DNA from: a virus
Lineage: Duplodnaviria; Heunggongvirae; Uroviricota; Caudoviricetes
Length of the DNA stretch: 64,000 nucleotides
IMG/VR virus record: IMGVR_UViG_3300042892_004104
Strand: one strand, 5' to 3'
Below the pieces are notes generated by a model that saw nothing but the letters and a program-made list of their open reading frames with translations, was not told the origin of the DNA and searched no databases. Every line of letters begins with the position of its first letter. Positions within the stretch are counted from its first letter, which is position 1. Below, piece by piece: positions 28,375 through 36,369 of this stretch. A program made the position numbers and the translations under genes.

Positions 28375-29319
28375 ATGCAATTACTATCAAAAATTATTTT
28401 TTCATTAACTTTATTGTTCTCACTACCAGTCTGTGCATTTCCTGACAAACCAGTGAAATTTGTTATCAGCTTACCAGCCGGAAGTGGACCCGATGTACAA
28501 TTACGCCGTGTTGCAGAAGTGTTGTCTAACAAATGGGGCAAATCAGTAATTGTTGAAAATAAACCGGGCGGCTCTGGTCTGGTGGCCATACGTCAATTGG
28601 CCAAAGAGTCGCCCGATGGGCATACCCTTGCATTGTTTTCGGTAGGAGATATTGTTTCTTTTCCGATTCTATATAACAACGAAGAGTCATTAGCCGGCGT
28701 GGAACCACTTGCTCCTTTTTTTACCGCAGACATGGTATTGTTTACCAGTCCACAGATACAAAACATCGCCGACCTAAAAAATGAAATTAACAAAAATCCA
28801 ACTTACGGTTCCTGGGCCGTTGGCAGCATTGGACATATCACTAGTGCAGAATTTGGTAGTATGTATGCCAGCAATGCTACACACGTCCCATACAAAGATT
28901 ATGGGCAGTGGTTTATTGATACTATCAATCGCGAACTGGCATTTGGATTTGCTAGTTTAGGTTCTAGTAGAGCCATGTATCAAGCTGGCAAAATCCATTA
29001 TCTTGCTATTGCTTCTAATCGAAGAGATCAAAGATTTCCTAATGTTCCTACTGTAAGAGAAGCTACCGGAAAAAACATTATAGGGCAGAGTTGGTTGGCA
29101 TTTTATGTTAATAAAAAAGTTCCAGTACCGTTAAAACTGCAACTTGAAAAAGATGTTAGAGATGTGTTAGCGAGTCAAACAGTTCAACAATCGCTAGTTG
29201 ACAACTATTTTATTCCAATGAACACGATAAGTTTGCCAGAGTTTCGAAAGCAAATTGACAGCGATCGTGCAAACTACTTAGATAGTCTTAAAAAATACAA
29301 CATCAATATTAAACAATGA
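28375..29319 (+). CDS. bug: Bug/TctC-family tripartite tricarboxylate transporter solute-binding protein
   Basis: Signal-peptide-like N-terminus, FPDKPVKFVISLPAGSGPD, VIVENKPGGSG, YGSWAVGSIGHI, HVPYK, R...FPNVPTVRE. Confidence 0.9.
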   Translation: MQLLSKIIFSLTLLFSLPVCAFPDKPVKFVISLPAGSGPDVQLRRVAEVLSNKWGKSVIVENKPGGSGLVAIRQLAKESPDGHTLALFSVGDIVSFPILYNNEESLAGVEPLAPFFTADMVLFTSPQIQNIADLKNEINKNPTYGSWAVGSIGHITSAEFGSMYASNATHVPYKDYGQWFIDTINRELAFGFASLGSSRAMYQAGKIHYLAIASNRRDQRFPNVPTVREATGKNIIGQSWLAFYVNKKVPVPLKLQLEKDVRDVLASQTVQQSLVDNYFIPMNTISLPEFRKQIDSDRANYLDSLKKYNINIKQ

Positions 29320-30584
29320 CCAAGTCTTGGCCACGCAACGATACTAGCAAAATACCTTACTGGGTTTACACCGACCCTGAAATATATCAACAGGAATTAG
29401 AACAAATCTGGTACGGACCCCATTGGGTGTATGTAGGTTTAGCATGCGAGATCCCAAATGCAGGAGATTTTAAATTGTCTTGGGTTGGTGAACGAGAAGT
29501 AATTGTTAGCCGTGATCATGATGATAACATTCATGTTTTTGAAAATCGTTGTGCCCATCGTGGAGTTAAATTTTGTCAAAAAAATCACGGCAATACCAAA
29601 CATTTTTTATGTCCGTATCATCAGTGGCGCTACAAGTTAAACGGGGACTTACATAGCCTACCGTTTCAGCACGGTGTAAACAAAGATGGTGAGATCAAGG
29701 GCGGAATGCCCAAGGATTTTGATATTGAGCAACACGGATTAAACAAACTAAGAGTGGCAACACTGCACGGAATGATCTTTGCTACGTTTAGCGACAAAAC
29801 TGAATCAATAGAAGAATATTTTGGGCCGCGCATCATGCCATGGATTGACCGCATTTTCAAAGGCCGAGAACTAGTGTTACTAGGCTACAATAGACAACAG
29901 ATACCCGGTAACTGGAAACTGATGATGGAAAATATCAAGGATCCTTATCATCCGGGGCTGTTACATACCTGGTTTGTTACCTTTGGATTATTTAGAGCTG
30001 ATCAAAAAAGTCGTATGGTGCAGGACGAAACTGGTCGACATGCAGTTATGCTTAATATACGTGGCAATCAAGGTGTTGAAAACGAAGTGACCAAGGGCGT
30101 TGAAAGTTTTAAACCCAAAATGAAATTAAATGATCTGCGATTGCTTGATGTTGAAACAGAAGCATGGTGGACGACCAAAGATCCATTTTCAGATAATGAA
30201 ATTATGCCTACTAATACTATGCTGACATTGTTTCCTAGTGTTATTATACAGCAACAAGTAAACAGTATGAGCACTCGTCACATTGTGCCTAAGGGCAACA
30301 ACCAATTTGAATTTACCTGGACGCATTTTGGATTTAAGGACGACAGCAAAGAACTAACTGAGCGCAGATTGAATCAATCAAATTTATTTGGGCCTGCAGG
30401 ATTTGTCAGTGCCGATGACGGAGAAGTGATAGAATTAAGTCAACACGGATTTAATCAAGCACCTGTTGATAGTCAGGCCCTGGCCGAACTAGGCGGAGCA
30501 GACATAGAGCAAACAGATCACATGATTACTGAAACTCTAATACGAGGAATGTATCAATACTATAGGAAAATAATGGGCGTATGA
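29316..30584 (+). CDS. nagG: Rieske non-heme iron aromatic ring-hydroxylating oxygenase alpha subunit, salicylate 5-hydroxylase (NagG)-like
   Basis: Rieske ligands CAHRG and CPYHQW; mononuclear Fe ligands in ENIKDPYHPGLLHTWF and SADDGE. The segments GGMPKDF, FPSVIIQQQVNS, NLFGPAGFVSADDGEVIE and TETLIRGMY match my recollection of NagG. Confidence 0.92.
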   Translation: MTKSWPRNDTSKIPYWVYTDPEIYQQELEQIWYGPHWVYVGLACEIPNAGDFKLSWVGEREVIVSRDHDDNIHVFENRCAHRGVKFCQKNHGNTKHFLCPYHQWRYKLNGDLHSLPFQHGVNKDGEIKGGMPKDFDIEQHGLNKLRVATLHGMIFATFSDKTESIEEYFGPRIMPWIDRIFKGRELVLLGYNRQQIPGNWKLMMENIKDPYHPGLLHTWFVTFGLFRADQKSRMVQDETGRHAVMLNIRGNQGVENEVTKGVESFKPKMKLNDLRLLDVETEAWWTTKDPFSDNEIMPTNTMLTLFPSVIIQQQVNSMSTRHIVPKGNNQFEFTWTHFGFKDDSKELTERRLNQSNLFGPAGFVSADDGEVIELSQHGFNQAPVDSQALAELGGADIEQTDHMITETLIRGMYQYYRKIMGV

Positions 30585-31069
30585 TTGATAAAATTCATTT
30601 TCAATTTGAATTCGACCAGCTCAATGTTGCTTATGCATCGTCCTTAGACACTGGTGATTTTGCAACCTGGATTGATTTTTTTACAGATAACTGTCGGTAT
30701 GTTGTACAATCTCGAGAAAATCACGACCGCAACTTGCCACTGGCGTTGATTGATTTATGTAGCAAGGATATGTTGAAAGATCGCATTTATGGTGTAACCG
30801 ATACTATTTTTCACCAACCGTACTACACAAGGCACGTGATTGGTGCTGGGCTTCTTAAAGATATTACACAAGAAAATAACCAAACTGTTTACAACGTGGT
30901 TTCAAACTATGCAGTATTTAGAACCAAACCGCGTGGCGCTACCGAAGTTTTTAATGTTGGTTACTACAAAGACAAGATAATTCGTAGCAATGTTGGGTTG
31001 AAAGTTTTGCAAAGACATTGTGTGTACGACAGCGAACTAGTATTAAACGCCTTGATTTATCCCATTTAA
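30581..31069 (+). CDS. nagH: Aromatic ring-hydroxylating oxygenase beta subunit, NagH-like
   Basis: W.DFF, SREN...LPLALI, DRIYGV, PYYTRHVIG, FNVGYYKD, CVYDSEL..NALIYPI; start overlaps the alpha-subunit stop (ATGA). Confidence 0.9.
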   Translation: MIDKIHFQFEFDQLNVAYASSLDTGDFATWIDFFTDNCRYVVQSRENHDRNLPLALIDLCSKDMLKDRIYGVTDTIFHQPYYTRHVIGAGLLKDITQENNQTVYNVVSNYAVFRTKPRGATEVFNVGYYKDKIIRSNVGLKVLQRHCVYDSELVLNALIYPI

Positions 31070-31083
31070 CTTTTTCTTTTTGC

Positions 31084-31112
31084 TTGTAAACTTAGCAGTC
31101 TTCTGTTATAAT
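31084..31112 (+). promoter_or_regulatory. sigma70-type promoter directly before gp46
   Basis: TTGTAA (31084-89), 17-nt spacer, TG-extended TATAAT (31107-12); ATG at 31121 with no visible Shine-Dalgarno. Confidence 0.65.
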
Positions 31113-31120
31113 AAAACTCT

Positions 31121-33196
31121 ATGATCCAGATAAGAAATCTCACAGTTAAAAATTTCATGAGTGTTGGCAACAGCACTCAGGCCATTGACTTTGATCGCAA
31201 TGACCTTACCTTGGTTCTGGGAGAAAACCTGGATCTAGGAGGCGACGGCAGTCGCAACGGCACTGGCAAGACCACCATAATCAATGCCCTCAGCTATGCT
31301 CTGTATGGACAAGCACTTAGCAATATCCGCAAGGACAACCTAGTCAACAAGACCAATGGCAAGGGCATGATAGTTAGCCTGGACTTTGGGGTCAACGGCA
31401 TAGACTACCGAATTGAACGAGGGCGCAAGCCCAATGTGTTGCGATTCTTTGTCAACAATGAAGAAACAGCAGCCACAGACGAAGCTCAAGGAGACTCAAG
31501 AGAGACTCAGGATGCTGTTGAGCGTGTGATTGGTATGAGCCATGATATGTTCAAGCATATCTTGGCGTTAAACACTTACACAGAACCGTTCTTGAGTTTG
31601 AAAGCCAATGATCAGCGCAACATCATTGAGCAGTTGTTGGGCATTACCTTGCTGAGTGAACGTGCAGACCGTATTCGAGAACTCAATCGCGAAACCAAGG
31701 ATGCTATCTCACAAGAAGAAATGCGTATCCGAGCGTTACAAGAAGCCAACAAGCGTATCGAAGAACAGATTGAAAGTTTTTGCCGTCGGCAAACCATGTG
31801 GAAAACCAAATACGATAGCGACCTGTTGACCCTGGTCACGCAATACGACGAGCTGGTGGTAGTGGATATTGAAGCTGAATTATGTGCTCATCAAGACTTG
31901 GCCGCCTGGGCAGAACACAAAAAACAATCAGATGCTCGGATCAAGATGCTGGCATTTCAAACTGCCTGGCAACAGTCACAAAACAAAGACATTACAGAAC
32001 TGAAGGCCAGTTATGATCGTCTCAGTCACATTGACATTGTAGCAGAACTGCAGGCACATGCTGACTTGGCTGAGTATCAGGTCAACACACGATTGCTGGA
32101 AGAACGTGATCGTGAAGTGGCTAGACTGGGTCGAGAAATTGATCGCGACGCTGGGCTAGTTGCAAAACTCAAAACTGAGATTGCTACCTTAGAAGATCAC
32201 CGGTGCTATGCATGTGGTCAGGAGTTCCATGACGTCCAGCATGCCACTGTGTTGACACAAAAACAAGCCATGCTGACTGAAGCCGAGTCTGTTGTGTTGA
32301 CCAGGACTGTTGAATGGTCACAACTACGTGCCCAACAAATTTTTGTAGCGGCAGAGCGACCGGTTACACATTACAAGACCGAAGCTGAAGCTATTCGCCA
32401 TTCCAGCGAACTAGAAAATATTCAACAAAAGATTCAGGCCAAACAAATCGAAACTGATCCTTATGCTGAACACTTGACAGAAAACACCACCGAGGATCCT
32501 GGGGCAGCACCTGTTACTCACTACGACACTGAGGCCAAAGCAGTTAAACACTCAACCATGGTAACCAGTTTGTTGCAACAAATCACTACCAAGCATGCGG
32601 AAACCGATCCTTATGCTGAACAAATTGTGGACATGCAACAAACTGCCATGCAGCAGGTTGGATATGATCAACTGAATGAACTGGTTCGGGTGCAGGATCA
32701 TCAGGAATTTTTGTTTAAACTGTTGACTAGCAAAGACTCATTTGTTCGCAAGAAGATCATTGATCAAAATTTAAGTTATCTTAATGCACGTCTTACTCAC
32801 TACCTGGATCGAATTGGCCTGCCGCACACTGTGAAGTTTCAAAATGATCTAACAGTCAGTATTGAAGAACTTGGTCGTGAACTGGACTTTGACAACCTGA
32901 GTCGCGGCGAACGTAATCGTTTGATACTGAGCATGAGCTGGGCGTTTAGAGATGTTTGGGAAAGTTTATACAGTCCCATCAATCTGCTGTTCATTGACGA
33001 ACTAATAGATTCAGGACTAGACACAGCAGGTATGGAAAGCTCATTGGCCATACTCAAGCAAATGAGTCGTGAACGTCACAAGAGTATTTGGCTGGTGAGT
33101 CATCGTGATGAACTGGCAGGGCGTGTGGAAAACATCATGCAAGTGGTCAAAGAAAACGGCTTTACCAGCTATAACACAGACATAGATCTTAAATAA
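31121..33196 (+). CDS. gp46: Recombination ATPase subunit, gp46 (Rad50/SbcC-like)
   Basis: Walker A RNGTGKTT, zinc hook CYAC, signature LSRGE, Walker B LLFIDE with D-loop SGLD, H-loop SHR. Confidence 0.94.
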   Translation: MIQIRNLTVKNFMSVGNSTQAIDFDRNDLTLVLGENLDLGGDGSRNGTGKTTIINALSYALYGQALSNIRKDNLVNKTNGKGMIVSLDFGVNGIDYRIERGRKPNVLRFFVNNEETAATDEAQGDSRETQDAVERVIGMSHDMFKHILALNTYTEPFLSLKANDQRNIIEQLLGITLLSERADRIRELNRETKDAISQEEMRIRALQEANKRIEEQIESFCRRQTMWKTKYDSDLLTLVTQYDELVVVDIEAELCAHQDLAAWAEHKKQSDARIKMLAFQTAWQQSQNKDITELKASYDRLSHIDIVAELQAHADLAEYQVNTRLLEERDREVARLGREIDRDAGLVAKLKTEIATLEDHRCYACGQEFHDVQHATVLTQKQAMLTEAESVVLTRTVEWSQLRAQQIFVAAERPVTHYKTEAEAIRHSSELENIQQKIQAKQIETDPYAEHLTENTTEDPGAAPVTHYDTEAKAVKHSTMVTSLLQQITTKHAETDPYAEQIVDMQQTAMQQVGYDQLNELVRVQDHQEFLFKLLTSKDSFVRKKIIDQNLSYLNARLTHYLDRIGLPHTVKFQNDLTVSIEELGRELDFDNLSRGERNRLILSMSWAFRDVWESLYSPINLLFIDELIDSGLDTAGMESSLAILKQMSRERHKSIWLVSHRDELAGRVENIMQVVKENGFTSYNTDIDLK

Positions 33197-33251
33197 AAAT
33201 GTCTCATAATGATTACCACGTGCATGATATTAGAACTAGAAGTAAAACAAA

Positions 33252-34292
33252 ATGGGCAATGTAAAACTTAAATTACATAAAAAACTTGCCTGGCTTATTT
33301 CCGCACGTGAAACCGATAACTTCTATAACTGCAGACAGCATTCAAAGTTATTATTTCAAGGATCTCGTGCAGTCAAAGATCCAGCTATTGTTGAAATAAT
33401 TAATAATATTTTTGATCAACAAACACATCCGTCAGTTTTGTTACATCGGTCTAATCTAGATAATTTTAAAAAAATTATACCCAAATGGATTTCTCAACAT
33501 ACCAACAGTCAATTACAAGGACTCGATAATTATAAAATTGACTTTAGTAACGGTACTACCCAAAGTTTTGATAGTTTTTATTATCGTCATCGTCAGCGAA
33601 GAATGAGATGTTTTGTAGGTGAGTATTTTTATCATTTAAAAACCTGGGACAATAATAATACCAATTGGAGTTTTGTCAACGAACAGGCCCCGTTGCAATA
33701 TGGAGATGCCTTGGTAATTAGTTTACCATTTTGTGACACTGGCACTACACTACTAGGTTTTGATCAATTGCTTGATCTTTGCGACTCGTTGAATATTCCT
33801 GTTTTGGTAGATTGTTGTTACTATCCTATTAGTGGAAATATCCATGCAGATTTACGTCACGACTGCATAGATACAGTGGCGTTTAGTTTGAGTAAGGCTT
33901 TTCCTATTGCAAATTTACGAATCGGCGTGAGGTTTACCAAATCTAGCATTGTTGACGGACAAACACTGCATGATTCCATTGGGTATAACAACACCCTCAG
34001 TGCGTATGTTGGGCTAAAATTGATTGAAAATTTCAGCAGTGATTATATCTACAAAACTTACAAAATCAAGCAACAAACAGTTTGTGATTTTTTTGGATTA
34101 GAAGCTAGTGATTCAGTACTGTTTGCTGTTGGGGATCAGAATTGGAATCAATACAGTCGAGCAAATTTACTCAACACATATCAATTGAATCTAGACGTTG
34201 GTCAATTTAAAAATAGAATTTCGTTGGTTAGTATTTTTGATCACTGGGATCTGTTTGAATTTATAAAACATGAAGCTACAATTAAAATTTAA
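33252..34292 (+). CDS. PLP-dependent fold-type I (class I/II aminotransferase-like) enzyme, copy 1
   Basis: LVDCCY (PLP Asp motif) and FSLSKAFPIANLRIG (Schiff-base Lys motif, HisC/CobD-like). Confidence 0.7.
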   Translation: MGNVKLKLHKKLAWLISARETDNFYNCRQHSKLLFQGSRAVKDPAIVEIINNIFDQQTHPSVLLHRSNLDNFKKIIPKWISQHTNSQLQGLDNYKIDFSNGTTQSFDSFYYRHRQRRMRCFVGEYFYHLKTWDNNNTNWSFVNEQAPLQYGDALVISLPFCDTGTTLLGFDQLLDLCDSLNIPVLVDCCYYPISGNIHADLRHDCIDTVAFSLSKAFPIANLRIGVRFTKSSIVDGQTLHDSIGYNNTLSAYVGLKLIENFSSDYIYKTYKIKQQTVCDFFGLEASDSVLFAVGDQNWNQYSRANLLNTYQLNLDVGQFKNRISLVSIFDHWDLFEFIKHEATIKI

Positions 34293-34749
34293 AAACATAA
34301 TTGACACGCCAATGTGTGTCATTCGCATCAATAACCAGGAACTCTATAGAGGTGCCGTACCTGATCAATACTCAAAAGAATTTGATTTTTACGACATTGA
34401 TGCTATACTAGTGATTGAACACATTGACAAACACCCACACGACACTGTGGTAGAGAATGGAAAAATTGTCAGAGATCGAAGTTTTGAACTTGAGCAAATT
34501 GTAATTGACAACCATGACTTTGAAGAATTGAAATGGAATAGTGAATTCACTGCATCTAACGGATCAGTATATTCTAGTTGTTTGTTTTTTGGTCCAAATG
34601 GAAATTTTGCATTAAAATTTAACAATCCAGTGTTGAAATGGATTTTAAAAACTCGACATGAAAAAAATAACAACGACCCAGACTGGGAAGAAGATTATAA
34701 TTACTATCAACAGGCATGCAAAATACTACAACAAATATCACAGCAATAA
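34270..34749 (+). CDS. Hypothetical protein, paralog of 35833-36369
   Basis: 159-aa ORF coupled to both neighbours; shared motif K..DT(V/I)(V/I)EN..I..D..F...QI..D. Confidence 0.65.
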   Translation: MKLQLKFKNIIDTPMCVIRINNQELYRGAVPDQYSKEFDFYDIDAILVIEHIDKHPHDTVVENGKIVRDRSFELEQIVIDNHDFEELKWNSEFTASNGSVYSSCLFFGPNGNFALKFNNPVLKWILKTRHEKNNNDPDWEEDYNYYQQACKILQQISQQ

Positions 34750-35777
34750 GACAACTAGCATGGACACTGGCACAGGCTAGTACTACAAATCAGTTAGATG
34801 TTCCGGGAGAATATGTTTGGGCTTTTCCTAAAGATCAAACATTTCAATCTGTACAGGCACGGTCTCGAAGTATTTTTAGTAGCGGCAACAGCATCAAAGA
34901 CCCTGATGTAATACAACATGTGCAACAGTTAAATCTAGCAAGGCATCTGCTTGATCCTTGGATAGTTGAAAAGTTTGAATCACAATTTCCTGCCTGGATC
35001 AATTCTGGAAGCAGATATCAACTACACAATCTTGATCAATTCAAGTATGTGGGATTCAGCGCCGGAACACAAGAGAGTTTTATCAATTTTTATCTCATAA
35101 ACACACACAAAAGATTCCGAGTTTTTCGCGGAGATTATTGGTGGCACATGGATATATGGACCAAGATCAATGCCAACTGGGCTTACATTGAAGATGATGA
35201 CATACGCAAAGGCGACATTTGCATTTGTAGCTATCCTTTTGCTCTCACCGGAGACAAGCATAAACACTTCGACTGGTTAGTTGACGAATGCAATCGCACT
35301 GGAGTTAAACTATTGGTAGATTTTATCTATTTGCCCAACAGTAGTCATGCAGTTGATATTGATCTATCAGCTGAATGTATAGATGAAATTACATTTAGTT
35401 TTAGCAAGACATTTCCAGTGCAGTGTGCTAAAATTGCAGTACGAATGTGCAAATCAAAACCACAAGACCCCATGCAGATGAGCAACGATGAAAACATTTG
35501 CAATCGACTCAGCGCCGGATTAGCACTAGATATTATCAGTCAATTTCCTGTGGATTACAATGTGGTAAAGTACCAGAACCAACAACAGCATTGGTGTAAA
35601 AAATTAGGACTAACTGCAACCAAAGTAGTTCATTTTGCAATAGGAGAAGACTATACTAGTTTTGGTAGGGCAGGACAAACTGCATGGTGTAGCCCGTTTA
35701 ATCAACAACAAAATCGATATAATTTAGGCATGCTTTATGAAAATCAGAATTTGTTGAGAAATTTAAATCTTTATTAA
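34716..35777 (+). CDS. PLP-dependent fold-type I enzyme, copy 2
   Basis: LVDFIY and FSFSKTFP motifs. Colinear with copy 1 (GTTQSF/GTQESF, GEYFYH/GDYWWH). Confidence 0.68.
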   Translation: MQNTTTNITAIRQLAWTLAQASTTNQLDVPGEYVWAFPKDQTFQSVQARSRSIFSSGNSIKDPDVIQHVQQLNLARHLLDPWIVEKFESQFPAWINSGSRYQLHNLDQFKYVGFSAGTQESFINFYLINTHKRFRVFRGDYWWHMDIWTKINANWAYIEDDDIRKGDICICSYPFALTGDKHKHFDWLVDECNRTGVKLLVDFIYLPNSSHAVDIDLSAECIDEITFSFSKTFPVQCAKIAVRMCKSKPQDPMQMSNDENICNRLSAGLALDIISQFPVDYNVVKYQNQQQHWCKKLGLTATKVVHFAIGEDYTSFGRAGQTAWCSPFNQQQNRYNLGMLYENQNLLRNLNLY

Positions 35778-35832
35778 ATTCTGATAATTATTTGCTACTC
35801 TCAATGTTTGATTCATTTTTATACAGTTTGTA

Positions 35833-36369
35833 ATGTTAACATTTACTTTTTCAATCGAAGCTAATCATGGTAGATCTGCACCAAAAATTTGTGCGGGCAA
35901 CAAAAATTTCATTTTGTCATTGGGCCATTCAACTATTGATGTTGTTGTTGAGGATACCGGAACATTGATTTTAGATTTTTACAACAAAGTTGAGTCGGAC
36001 ACAATTATAGAAAATGATTGCATCACTGCCGACACCGAATTCAAAATCCTTCAGATATGGTGCGACGGAATAAAACTAGAACCTTGGTTTAAAAATATCT
36101 CTGTTTATCGTCCTAGATATTTTAGTGGATTTTTAAAACAGTTTCCTGAATCTGTTACAGAAATTACCGCAGCCTACCAGTACAATTTTCCCGGAGATAT
36201 CTGCTGGGCCTGGCAGGACAATTTTTGGGACTGGTACTTTGAACAAAAAAATCAACTTGAAGTTATTAATTTTTTGGATCAAGATCCTGATCGTGTTTGG
36301 AAATTTCGCGGCAGCTTAGATCCGTGTAGCGATCTTGTAGAAAAAATAAAACAAGTATTAAAATTATGA
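35833..36369 (+). CDS. Hypothetical protein, paralog of 34270-34749
   Basis: 178-aa ORF; KVESDTIIENDCITADTEFKILQIWCD aligns with KHPHDTVVENGKIVRDRSFELEQIVID. Confidence 0.65.
   Translation: MLTFTFSIEANHGRSAPKICAGNKNFILSLGHSTIDVVVEDTGTLILDFYNKVESDTIIENDCITADTEFKILQIWCDGIKLEPWFKNISVYRPRYFSGFLKQFPESVTEITAAYQYNFPGDICWAWQDNFWDWYFEQKNQLEVINFLDQDPDRVWKFRGSLDPCSDLVEKIKQVLKL

Noticed and set aside
26825-31069. Host-chromosome contamination or prophage boundary explaining nagGH
   Set aside because: The block is flanked on both sides by the normally adjacent phage genes gp47 and gp46 and lacks the rest of a nag operon. Read-level confirmation is still needed.
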